Assembly (NCBI GenBank): GCA_003602415.1
Contig: QQSK01000013.1
Location: forward strand, 10,152-74,151
Source: Candidatus Poseidoniales archaeon
GTDB taxonomy: Archaea > Thermoplasmatota > Poseidoniia > Poseidoniales > Poseidoniaceae
Reading direction: 5' to 3'
Length of the DNA stretch: 64,000 bases
In this document: positions 20,532 through 29,699 of the stretch, piece by piece
How positions within the stretch are numbered: position 1 is the first letter of the stretch
Layout: each line of letters opens with the position of its first letter
Translations under genes and position numbers: made by a program
The notes under the pieces: generated by a model
The model's database searches: none
What the model saw: the letters and a program-made list of their open reading frames with translations, nothing else
What the model was told of the DNA's origin: nothing

Positions 20532-22001
20532 ATGTCCGAGGAAGTAGAGTCGTTCGATGATGATTCTATGTTTAGTGATTTATTCAAGCCAGGAAATAAT
20601 TTGCTTGGGTATGTATTGATTCTAACTTCATTGATTCTATGGTTTGAAGGAAATAATCTGCGTTCATTGAACATATTACTGGTGATCATTGCTGTGTTTT
20701 GGCTTGTGGTCAAGCTATTGGCAAAGACCAAATTATTTTCCAAAAAAGAAACCAATTTCGAGAAACCTAGCATCAAAAGAAAATTGAAATTATTGTCATT
20801 TATTCTAGTCATATTGGTTGCATTTTTGGTTTTGTCTACCACTTTTGCCCTCAACTTTGTAGATGACTTTGGAGGTGAACCATCTTCTCATGATTCTCCT
20901 AATTTTAATGATGGAACATTTGAGAATACAGAATCTACCATCATGCAATCTGATGAAGTATCAACTTGGGATTTGTTAGGCGACTACCTAGTCAGCGATG
21001 ATTGTAGGTCTCCCAATGAAGAATTACCTTCAGAGGAATTCAAATTAATTGATTTGGAGGATGGTGAGATTAGTGTTACTTGGTTTGGCCATTCAACCAT
21101 TTTACTACGCTCGAATAATGTCACTATAATCACTGATCCTGTGTTCGGAGATTCCGGAGCAGGACCCTTATCATTAGGGCCTAGTCCATTTCCTTTTGAG
21201 CATTCATACAGTTTAGATGATTTACCAGAAATCGATTATGTATTCATTTCACACGACCATTACGACCATTTGGATATGAACACGGTCAAGGAACTCGAGG
21301 ATTCGTTGTTCTTTGTCCCATTAGGAATCAAAAACCATCTTTTAGAATGGGATATCGAAGAAGAAAAAATTCAGGAATTAGATTGGTATGATGAAGTTGA
21401 CATTTCTCAAGATTTACATGCAGCTTTAACTCCAGCACGTCATTTTAGTGGAAGGGGGATTTCCGATAGTCATTCTACACTGTGGGGTTCTTGGGTATTC
21501 AATTTCCATGAAACGAGTATATACTTCAGTGGAGATACTGGTTATACTGATGAGTTTACAAATATCAGTGAAGCATTCGGTCCATTCGATATTGCATTCT
21601 TAGATTCAGGGCAGTATAATTTAGCATGGCAACAAGTCCACATGCTTCCTGATGAGGTCGTTCAAGCAGGAATAGATTTGAATGCATCATTAATCCTGCC
21701 AATTCATATTTCGAAGTATGAATTAGCGTTACACCACTGGTATGAGCCGATGGAATTGGTCTCTACACTTGGCGCAGAGAGGAATGTATCTGTGGCAACC
21801 CCGCTTCTTGGAAGCAGTTTCATTATTGGAAAGGAGATACCTGATGACCCATGGTGGAGAGGCATTTCAGAATGCACTGACCCATTCTTAGATGAATATC
21901 CTGCACTTGAATACGCGTTGTTCTATACTGGATTTGTAGGTGTTATGTGGATTGTAATACCTCGATTCAAGAAAACTAACCAGCCCTTCGAAGAAGAGTG
22001 A
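20532..22001 (+). CDS. Membrane-anchored MBL-fold metallo-hydrolase (RomA/NAPE-PLD-like)
   Basis: TWFGHST, ITDPVF, SHDHYDHLD, PARHFSGR, YFSGDTGY, PIH; N-terminal TMs and a C-terminal TM. GGTGA RBS favours 20532. Confidence 0.88.
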   Translation: MSEEVESFDDDSMFSDLFKPGNNLLGYVLILTSLILWFEGNNLRSLNILLVIIAVFWLVVKLLAKTKLFSKKETNFEKPSIKRKLKLLSFILVILVAFLVLSTTFALNFVDDFGGEPSSHDSPNFNDGTFENTESTIMQSDEVSTWDLLGDYLVSDDCRSPNEELPSEEFKLIDLEDGEISVTWFGHSTILLRSNNVTIITDPVFGDSGAGPLSLGPSPFPFEHSYSLDDLPEIDYVFISHDHYDHLDMNTVKELEDSLFFVPLGIKNHLLEWDIEEEKIQELDWYDEVDISQDLHAALTPARHFSGRGISDSHSTLWGSWVFNFHETSIYFSGDTGYTDEFTNISEAFGPFDIAFLDSGQYNLAWQQVHMLPDEVVQAGIDLNASLILPIHISKYELALHHWYEPMELVSTLGAERNVSVATPLLGSSFIIGKEIPDDPWWRGISECTDPFLDEYPALEYALFYTGFVGVMWIVIPRFKKTNQPFEEE

Positions 22002-22024
22002 ATTTTCTACATAACATATGATGA

Positions 22025-23002
22025 CTAGAGAATGTGAGTTCTAACCTCGCATGATGATGGCTTTTTTGGGGCCTCGCTGAAGCCAAATTTACAAGGTTCG
22101 GAAATGTTGGAAAAATCTCCAACATTTTTGCCATCAATCAGTGCCTTAGCATCGGTGATTTTTGAAACCCTATCGATTGCATACCATTCTTTTCTATTGT
22201 TCTTGGTCATTCCATGAGTACGAGTTGAGAAGAATAACTTTGCAAAGATTAATTCGATTGTTGCGATGAAGAAAAGAGATCTTTTGAAGGGTATTTTCCA
22301 ACCCTTGTTCCAACCAAACTCTAGCTCCATCGCATCGCAGGTAACATTCATTCTTCTTTCATCTTGTGAAACTTGTATTTCTTGGATTATGATTTCATCA
22401 AACGTATACATCGAATCAACATAATCTGCAATCTTCTGATTGGGTGCAATTAGTGTTCTGTGGCCATCAGGTTTGGCCCACATAATGTCTGTGAATTGTC
22501 CAAAGATTGACTCATTCCATGAACCAACAACTATTCTATCACCACTTTGAAATCCACTAGAAGTAATTCTTCCTTTGAAAACATCCATCATATCTATGCC
22601 CTTTTCTTTACCTTTGAAAGGCGTTATTTCCCCGATCCATGCTATTACTAGAATTAGAATTACTTGGATAAGCAATCTTACAATATGCCAACCGTCTCCG
22701 TAATGGACTCCATCTAGCGGAATATCGTTGTACCACATATTGAAATTAGCCCAATACAGAACGATAAGCATCCAAGCGGCTCCTACAGAGGCCCATGTTC
22801 TTGTTAGTGGAATGATTAACAATAAACCAAATGCGATTTCGAAAAGCCCGCTTAGATGTACCCAGAAAGTGGGGTCTGGAAGAGTCTCAGGAACTATTGG
22901 TTCATACCATGATGGATTGATGAAATGGTCAATGCCCACATTGATGAATGCGATTCCAAGCACGAAGGCAGTGAAATCGCGTAAAGTGATTTTGACTTCC
23001 AC
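22025..23002 (-). CDS. DoxX/MauE-like membrane domain fused to an uncharacterised soluble domain
   Basis: The N-terminal GIDHF..P..YEPIVP...SGLFEIAFG..L..P...AN is DoxX-like. The C-terminal FKGRITSSGFQSGDRIVVGSW...DIMWAKPDGHRTLIAP is a separate domain. Confidence 0.75.
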   Translation of the reverse strand: MEVKITLRDFTAFVLGIAFINVGIDHFINPSWYEPIVPETLPDPTFWVHLSGLFEIAFGLLLIIPLTRTWASVGAAWMLIVLYWANFNMWYNDIPLDGVHYGDGWHIVRLLIQVILILVIAWIGEITPFKGKEKGIDMMDVFKGRITSSGFQSGDRIVVGSWNESIFGQFTDIMWAKPDGHRTLIAPNQKIADYVDSMYTFDEIIIQEIQVSQDERRMNVTCDAMELEFGWNKGWKIPFKRSLFFIATIELIFAKLFFSTRTHGMTKNNRKEWYAIDRVSKITDAKALIDGKNVGDFSNISEPCKFGFSEAPKKPSSCEVRTHIL

Positions 23003-23071
23003 AACTCCTCGAAATTAACTTCATTCAAAAAAGGATGTAATCAACCAACAACGAAGTTTGGTTATTGAAAT

Positions 23072-23110
23072 AAAAAAAGCCCCCCACAGAGCCGAAGTTC
23101 TGTGAGGGGC
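23072..23110 (-). terminator. Stem-loop plus U-tract terminator downstream of mc1
   Basis: Minus strand reads GCCCCTCACAGAAC-TTCG-GCTCTGTGGGGGGC-TTTTTTT: a 14-bp stem (one mismatch, one G.U) with a cUUCGg loop, followed by U7. Confidence 0.8.
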
Positions 23111-23156
23111 AAAGTCCCGCGAGGGCGTATCAGCATTGCATCAATGCAACCTTAAT

Positions 23157-23420
23157 TCAAAGGTGCTCGATTCCTTGCTTCTTTACGTTAGCCTTCTTGA
23201 TCTTGTCAGGAAGCCACGCTGGGCCGTTTGCAGGCTTGTCTACAACGTCGATACGTCCGGTGAAGACGTGGACTCTCTTGGTTCCACGCTCACGCAGACG
23301 GATGTCTGTGTGTCCGCGTGTAGCTGCTTTTAGAGCTGCTCCACGTGGTTGTCGGCTTGCAAAAACTTGGCTTGTGTCTTTTCCGTTCTCCATGAGAACG
23401 AAGTACTTCTTTTCACCCAT
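23157..23420 (-). CDS. mc1: Non-histone chromosomal protein MC1
   Basis: Basic 87-aa protein with QPRGAALKAATRG, IRLRERGTKRVHVFTG and PAWLP, all MC1 family motifs. Confidence 0.92.
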   Translation of the reverse strand: MGEKKYFVLMENGKDTSQVFASRQPRGAALKAATRGHTDIRLRERGTKRVHVFTGRIDVVDKPANGPAWLPDKIKKANVKKQGIEHL

Positions 23421-23558
23421 AGGTTATACCTCGTGCCGCCTACGGTTTTCTAAAGGTTATAATGTTTCCTCCGCCAAACCGCTATACTGCAGTACATATT
23501 GGACGCAGTGGTGCTTTTCAGAAGCCACTTTAGAGCAGTATGGCGTTTTACAAACGAC

Positions 23559-23792
23559 CTAAAATTCAGCACCTGCAAGAGTTTTGGAACCTGTAACTCC
23601 TGGAACTTGGCGAATAATATCAACAACAGTTTTTGCAATGATTCCCAATGCTTCAGCTTCAAGTTTCACTATAATGTCATAATCACCAAACAAAAGAGTG
23701 GCATCCACGACATTGTCAATATCTTTGATCGTTTGAAACGCATCATACTCTTTGCCTGGTGAGACATTTACGAGGACATAACCAACTGCCAT
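23559..23792 (-). CDS. Stand-alone Lrp/AsnC ligand-binding (RAM) domain protein
   Basis: YVLVNVSPGKE...LFGDYDIIVKLE...IRQVPGVTGSKT; no HTH domain. Confidence 0.9.
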   Translation of the reverse strand: MAVGYVLVNVSPGKEYDAFQTIKDIDNVVDATLLFGDYDIIVKLEAEALGIIAKTVVDIIRQVPGVTGSKTLAGAEF

Positions 23793-23828
23793 AATTATCC
23801 CAACACCTCAACCCACAAGAAGTCTGCG

Positions 23829-26800
23829 TCACCTAAGGTCTTGCAAACTTTCTCTGTAAGTCTCCCATTGTTCTTCTTCCCATTCTTCAGGCATGGGTCC
23901 ATCAAGCCAGTCTAGGAATTCTTGGAGAGTCCAACCTTCTGGTATTCGTTCATCCTTTTGTGGAGTCTCATCTTCGGTTTCCCAAGTTTCAACGACTTCA
24001 TCATCGCCTCGATTTCTAAAGTATAATGTTGAGGAAATAATCACTACAACTAATATTATACCAAATATCATCAAAGGAAGTGACATCGATTCTGAAGATT
24101 CCTTCACTTCATCTTGAACTATGTCACAATCAGTTGAGCATTCTTCAACTCCTTCAACAATAATTAATCCGGTGTAGTTCACTTGGTTACCACTCCAATC
24201 CTCACATTCAACAATCGCTGAAATATTGCCTTCAAGGCTGGTAGGAAGCAACCATGAAGCACTCCAAATGCCAGTGCCATCAAGGTCGAGAACTTCACTA
24301 TTAGTTGTACTGAAAACCGAAGTATTACCACTGATTAAGTTGAGTTGACAAGTAGCATCGATGCCATCTGCATCCTCCATTTCAACCATTATTTCCAACA
24401 GCCCTTCATGGGATATGTTACTAGAGTGTGTGACTTCAATTTCAGGAGGAGAATGCATAAATTCGAAATCCAAGTTCGAAATTGACATTATTTCATCAAT
24501 ATCCACAACTCTCAACTGTAGACTTCCTTCTCCAGGAACGAATGAAGAATCTAATTGTATTCTAAAGTAGAAAGAATCAGTTTGTCCAGCAACATCATTT
24601 CCACATTCTGTCGGGGATTGGATTGGAGCTGTAACAATCCAGCCTAATTGCTCTAAACTCGCAGTAGTCTCTAGAATTGGTCTAGAAGAACGAATTCTTA
24701 CAACTGCGTCTGCAGTTTGTCCAAACATTAGTTCATCAATTGTATTGCCGTTTTGACACAAATCGATTGAAAGGATCTCTGGAGGGCTGAGTAAAATTGG
24801 TGCTTGAAGTTGAGAAGAATTACTTGCACCATTGGCGCCTGTAACAGCCACTTGGATTACCAAATCTCCGCTGTCTATGCTTTGAGAGGAGAATAATGGA
24901 ATAACTGCAATTCCATTTTCGAGTTCTATTGGTAGGGAATATTCACTCTGTCCTGGCCACTTTATGGTTAGGTCTCCATATGTACCTTCAATAGAATCGT
25001 CATTATCGATGACCTCAATTCTGAGATTTTCATCCCCGCCAGCAAGAATATTCTGAACAGGATTCATCGAAGCATCAACTATTGACAGGTTTACAATAGG
25101 AGCCTGGTCTGCAACTTGAATAGTTCTTCTAGTCAGGAAATTACCTTCAGAATCTCTTAATTCAATATCAAAAGAATCCAAACTTGAGCCGGGAGGTAAG
25201 TTGAATGACGCAATGTAACAATGTTGGTCTGAACTACTTCCTGTAATGTAAGTCAATCCATCAATCATGCCACGCGATGCACTGAATTGTGGCATCTGTG
25301 TCGCTAGGTCATGATCAGGGTCAAGCACACAGGCTTTGAGTGTCAAGATATGTCCTCGAATTACTCCTTTAACCGGTGATGAGGTAAGAACCGATGCACC
25401 GCCCCAGTCGTTTGCATCTACTCCTGAGATGTGAGTTCCAAACCAGAATGCTGGCGCATCTCGAATCGCAGCTATTGCTAGAGATTCTTGAATAGTAGAT
25501 AGATTGGATTCATCTGTTACATTAACTCTCAAATCCAATACTCCAAGCGGTATATCTGAAGGTAAGTCGATTGTCGTCCACCAAATCATGCCATCTTGAC
25601 TACCGGTATTCTGCCATGTCCACTCTGTACTATTATTGCCTTGAGTAATTCTCCATGCAATAGTAGCCGAAACCACACCACTATCATCAGAAGCATCGAT
25701 GCTACAAACGAATCTATCACCTCTACTATACTGGCTAGAATCACAGAAGATGTCATTTATTGTTGGTGCAATGTTTACCCACAGGGTAATGTCAAGCACA
25801 TTGTTATCGATATTTCTTTCAGGATTTAATAGTGAACTAGCTTCCCATTTGATCACTAGGTTGTTCCATCCTTCTCGTGATGAATTAAGTTGTACGGTAA
25901 TGATTTGCCGACTGCCATTTTGTGAACCGTCAGGCAAAGTTAACGATTGATTTACCAACACTACACTGCCCAATTTATCCAGCACTTTCAATTGACCAAC
26001 AGCATCGCCAGGCCCAATGTTTTGTAATGCAATTTCCATTTGGAAATCTTGGTCAATTGAAACATTATCCAAAATTCTGACATCAATAATTTCCACATCA
26101 TGAACAATGTCAGCATAAGGACTCATTTTTGGATCACCCACCACTACTCCCATCCAACTGGTGTACGTATTTGCAGCAGCATAGGATTCAGCGAGATTGA
26201 ATCCACTGGAATATGAAGAAAGCAATACGCTTGGAGATGATACTGCGGTCAGGTATGGTTCATACACATAGCCCTTGATTCCGCTGGCCCCATCTTCCAA
26301 GATATCCGCTACTAATGATTGACCGTATGTTGTGCCCCAATTGAAAGAACGAGCCCCTGTGCTAACCGCAGTTTCAACAATTGATCCATTGACCCACTCC
26401 ATGTGTGGCCTAATCACTCTAAGTACAGTTGAATCAACAAATAATGAACCTCCTGTTGAAGTAGGAACGATATCTAATGAAACTCTAATCTTCATCGATG
26501 TTGCATTTTCATGTGGTCTAAATCTCATGGTTTCTGAGTTCCATGCAGCAGTGAAATCTTGATTTGAGGATGTGTTAGTAAACAGAGTGGAACCATTTGA
26601 ATCAAGAGATGTAACTTGGATATTGTATTCTCCAAACACGTCTCCAGCTCTTTTACCATATGTGTAAACCACCCAAGCATGGTCGGTGAAGTTTTCATCG
26701 ATACTGTGAATTGTTTCTAGATAAGCAACACCTTGACCATTACCAGAATATGCAGTGCAATTATTGACTATATTTCTGTTCAAGACAGTGACTGAACTAT

Positions 26801-28946
26801 TGTTCAGTGCAGTATCCCAAATCATTACATTGTCGATTTTACCTTCGAAAAATGAGTTGCCAGCTCTATTTACTCCCAATTTGTACAAATCAAAATTGTT
26901 TACTGAACCGTTTGGATAAGTGTTGGTATTGACAAGTACTCCATCCATGTATTGTCTTGTTTGACCATTATCGAATACAGTGACTAAGTGACTCCATTTT
27001 TGGTTTATTACGTCACCAAATGATTTGGTCTGATTATTGTGTAATTTCCATTCACCACCCGAAATCATGTGCTGGAATGAATTGTTTGACCCTGCATTAT
27101 CGTCTATTGCAAATGTCGAAGCATAGGTGGATTGATTGGTGGTATTTGCCCATACCCATTGACTGATTGAGAAGTTACCAAGCCAGTCGTCGACATTCAC
27201 TTTCGCATAATCATTAGAACCATCAAACCAAAGACAATTTCCATCAATACAGGTTTGCCAGTTGCTCGAGTTCATTCCATAAAGAGTGAAATTTGAACCG
27301 TTAGCAACACTATCATTGGTTTGAGAACCAACCCCTTCTTCAAAATCCCACTGATGAATCAGGCTTTCAGATTGAGGAACATAATCTCCATGAACATAGA
27401 AGGCTGATGCAGGTATTGTTACTTTGGAAGTATTGGGGCCTTGCCAAGAAAAGCGTAATCCATGAGGCCCTCCTCCTTGGAAAAATTCGATTCTGAAATC
27501 ATGATGCCCTTCGGTTAGGTTCAAAGTAACAGAATACTCTCTCATTCCATGCATTCCGTAATTCTGAATTGCGCTTACCCCGTTAATCCATAACTCGGAT
27601 CCATCATCTGTGTTGAGATAAAATGTCCAATTTCCACTTTCTGGTATGTCTACCAGGCCACTAAATCGAGCTCCCCAATTGTGCTTGAAACGATCATCTA
27701 ATCCGGGGTATGGATTGTTTGAAGAGGAATAAGCCAGAGTGTTTTCTATTCTGGTATGGTCAGGTTCTCTATCAATCAAATCTGGCATTGATGCAGAATT
27801 GAAACTAATTCCTTCATTGTCGAAATACTCAGCATAAATACCAGATAACAAATAACCGGTTTCTTGGCTACACTCAGATGAAATCTCAGCTTCGAAAGCC
27901 CCATTACCGCCTTGTTTGGTCTGAGTTTGGTATGACCAATTGAATATGTCACCTGGTGATACAGTCGGTGAAGATATGTTCCAATATCTAGAACCGCTTG
28001 ACCATGCAGAATCGAGTGTATCAAAACCTCCATTTGAAAGGTAATTCTTGTTCCAATTACCGTCATTACTTCCCCATGATGCATATCCAATCACATTGGA
28101 GATATTGGTTATGAATTCGGTCTCTTCATCGAAATAAACTGGCAGATTCATTGAACCATTAAGCGTAGAATTAGCCACGTACAAGTCATCATTCCAGAAT
28201 TTGTAACCAGAGCCATTTCGATTTGTTGCTAAATCTAGAACATGAGTCCCTCTTGAACCGTATGAATTGTTGGCCTTCTCGATTAACTCCAAAGCGGTAT
28301 CTACAGTATATCCTGTCAATCTAGTGACAAGGAAGAATCCATATTCTTCCCGAGTAAATTCCTTCATCTGTTTACCCGCCAATGGCCCATAATCATGATT
28401 GCTCCACCAATTACCGCCAATATCGGCATCATAACTACCTCCTGCCAATGATATTTCTTGATCGAATGATGCCTTATCATTACCCCCATTTACTCGCAGT
28501 GGTATGCCTTTTGTAGTCACTAGATAGTTGATGTCTGTACCATTGTAAGAGGACAACATTGCTCTAAATGGCTCCAAAAAATATGTATCGAATTGATTTC
28601 TGTTTATTGTTTCTCCAGTAGGATTAGAAGAATTATTGAAGATGAAAACACGTTCAGCACTAATGTTCCTTGCTGTTACGAAGGCCCAACCAATCGTTCT
28701 ACTCGCCTCTGATTGGTTATTGATTAGAACGGCGACATCGCTGTAATCCACTGCCGTTGATAGGTTGAAACCACCAGGTACTGCTACAGTTTGCAAGGGA
28801 GTCTCATTCCAGATGTCAGTATCTATGCTGAATCCCTCAAACAATGAGTCCTCAAGGCTAACTTCCTCAACATCAGAGTTTGGAATCTGAACGCTTCCAA
28901 ACAGGAAAAGCGCGACCAGAATTAGCGCCTTCCGTTGGGAGGACAT
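23829..28946 (-). CDS. TIGR03790-like surface protein with PA14 and LamG insertions, Ig-like repeats and C-terminal TM anchor
   Basis: Signal peptide; YLVTTKGIPL, LVTRLTG, GYASWGSND, ETAVSTGARSF, GYVYEPYL and VVGDP (TIGR03790-like); FYLNTDDGSELWING..EFFQGGG (PA14); FDGSNDY..WSHLV..FFEGKIDNVMIWDTAL (LamG). Confidence 0.8.
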   Translation of the reverse strand: MSSQRKALILVALFLFGSVQIPNSDVEEVSLEDSLFEGFSIDTDIWNETPLQTVAVPGGFNLSTAVDYSDVAVLINNQSEASRTIGWAFVTARNISAERVFIFNNSSNPTGETINRNQFDTYFLEPFRAMLSSYNGTDINYLVTTKGIPLRVNGGNDKASFDQEISLAGGSYDADIGGNWWSNHDYGPLAGKQMKEFTREEYGFFLVTRLTGYTVDTALELIEKANNSYGSRGTHVLDLATNRNGSGYKFWNDDLYVANSTLNGSMNLPVYFDEETEFITNISNVIGYASWGSNDGNWNKNYLSNGGFDTLDSAWSSGSRYWNISSPTVSPGDIFNWSYQTQTKQGGNGAFEAEISSECSQETGYLLSGIYAEYFDNEGISFNSASMPDLIDREPDHTRIENTLAYSSSNNPYPGLDDRFKHNWGARFSGLVDIPESGNWTFYLNTDDGSELWINGVSAIQNYGMHGMREYSVTLNLTEGHHDFRIEFFQGGGPHGLRFSWQGPNTSKVTIPASAFYVHGDYVPQSESLIHQWDFEEGVGSQTNDSVANGSNFTLYGMNSSNWQTCIDGNCLWFDGSNDYAKVNVDDWLGNFSISQWVWANTTNQSTYASTFAIDDNAGSNNSFQHMISGGEWKLHNNQTKSFGDVINQKWSHLVTVFDNGQTRQYMDGVLVNTNTYPNGSVNNFDLYKLGVNRAGNSFFEGKIDNVMIWDTALNNSSVTVLNRNIVNNCTAYSGNGQGVAYLETIHSIDENFTDHAWVVYTYGKRAGDVFGEYNIQVTSLDSNGSTLFTNTSSNQDFTAAWNSETMRFRPHENATSMKIRVSLDIVPTSTGGSLFVDSTVLRVIRPHMEWVNGSIVETAVSTGARSFNWGTTYGQSLVADILEDGASGIKGYVYEPYLTAVSSPSVLLSSYSSGFNLAESYAAANTYTSWMGVVVGDPKMSPYADIVHDVEIIDVRILDNVSIDQDFQMEIALQNIGPGDAVGQLKVLDKLGSVVLVNQSLTLPDGSQNGSRQIITVQLNSSREGWNNLVIKWEASSLLNPERNIDNNVLDITLWVNIAPTINDIFCDSSQYSRGDRFVCSIDASDDSGVVSATIAWRITQGNNSTEWTWQNTGSQDGMIWWTTIDLPSDIPLGVLDLRVNVTDESNLSTIQESLAIAAIRDAPAFWFGTHISGVDANDWGGASVLTSSPVKGVIRGHILTLKACVLDPDHDLATQMPQFSASRGMIDGLTYITGSSSDQHCYIASFNLPPGSSLDSFDIELRDSEGNFLTRRTIQVADQAPIVNLSIVDASMNPVQNILAGGDENLRIEVIDNDDSIEGTYGDLTIKWPGQSEYSLPIELENGIAVIPLFSSQSIDSGDLVIQVAVTGANGASNSSQLQAPILLSPPEILSIDLCQNGNTIDELMFGQTADAVVRIRSSRPILETTASLEQLGWIVTAPIQSPTECGNDVAGQTDSFYFRIQLDSSFVPGEGSLQLRVVDIDEIMSISNLDFEFMHSPPEIEVTHSSNISHEGLLEIMVEMEDADGIDATCQLNLISGNTSVFSTTNSEVLDLDGTGIWSASWLLPTSLEGNISAIVECEDWSGNQVNYTGLIIVEGVEECSTDCDIVQDEVKESSESMSLPLMIFGIILVVVIISSTLYFRNRGDDEVVETWETEDETPQKDERIPEGWTLQEFLDWLDGPMPEEWEEEQWETYRESLQDLR

Positions 28947-29078
28947 ATGTCTTGGGAGACATTATTACACAAAGTCACTTCGATTAGAAAATCTATTGAA
29001 AAATATGCATTTTTGGCAATTTTCGTCAATGTGTATATGAAGGACGGCCCCCCCTGCCGAAACATGGTCGAGTTGTAT

Positions 29079-29690
29079 ATGGCGCGAACTTGTCGCTGGG
29101 GTATACTCCGAGTCATTGGTGGGGACTTGCATTTGCAAGAAGCCGATGTCGTGATTACCCCTGCTAATAATCGCCTATCTGGGCGAGAAGGAATAGACGC
29201 TCAAATTCACAAAGCGGCTGGTGAAGAACTGAGGCAGTTTTGTCGAGATGTTAGCGTAGAGCAACGAAAATCCAACCTCCCTCCATGTCCAGTTACCACT
29301 AACGTGGTTTCCAAACCATACAACCTTGAGAACAAATTCAAGCACATCATTCACGTTGTCAGCCCAGATTGTAGAAGACCAAATCAGGATGAATCCAGAA
29401 GACAATTGCTACCTGAAGCATACTTCAACCTATTTGCAACACTCAAGGATATGAAAGATGTGAGCGTAGTTATGGCTCCTCCTCTCTCAATGGGAGTATT
29501 CGCTTATCCACACAGAGAAGGGGCTAGACTGACTCTTGAAACATTACTTGGAATTATGGATGGTGAAGAAGATCCTGGAATTAAGGAATACAACATTGTT
29601 GTAAAAGAAAGAAATTTCATCAAAAATATGAGAACGGTTTACAGAGAATCTGAAGACCAACTTCCAGGTACTGATACAACAATGGTTTGA
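29079..29690 (+). CDS. Macro domain protein (ADP-ribose-binding fold)
   Basis: GDLHLQEADVVITPANNRL..G..GIDAQIHKAAG, KHIIHVVSP, PPLSMGVFAYP. Start is 29064 or 29079; the longer ORF from 28935 overlaps the divergent gene. Confidence 0.88.
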   Translation: MARTCRWGILRVIGGDLHLQEADVVITPANNRLSGREGIDAQIHKAAGEELRQFCRDVSVEQRKSNLPPCPVTTNVVSKPYNLENKFKHIIHVVSPDCRRPNQDESRRQLLPEAYFNLFATLKDMKDVSVVMAPPLSMGVFAYPHREGARLTLETLLGIMDGEEDPGIKEYNIVVKERNFIKNMRTVYRESEDQLPGTDTTMV

Positions 29691-29699
29691 GGTGTTTGA

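Noticed and set aside
23003..23156. tRNA or other known structural RNA in the hairpin-rich gap
   Set aside because: No cloverleaf, T-loop GTTCRA or acceptor stem could be built; kept only as a terminator/ncRNA candidate.
26400..28050. Intein as explanation for the in-frame insertion in the TIGR03790-like gene
   Set aside because: No N-terminal Cys/Ser block, C-terminal His-Asn or LAGLIDADG motifs; the insert consists of PA14/LamG/CBM-like domains.
28935..29063. N-terminal extension of the macrodomain ORF
   Set aside because: Starts at a TTG overlapping the divergent gene and runs through an AT-rich promoter-like region; homology begins near 29079.
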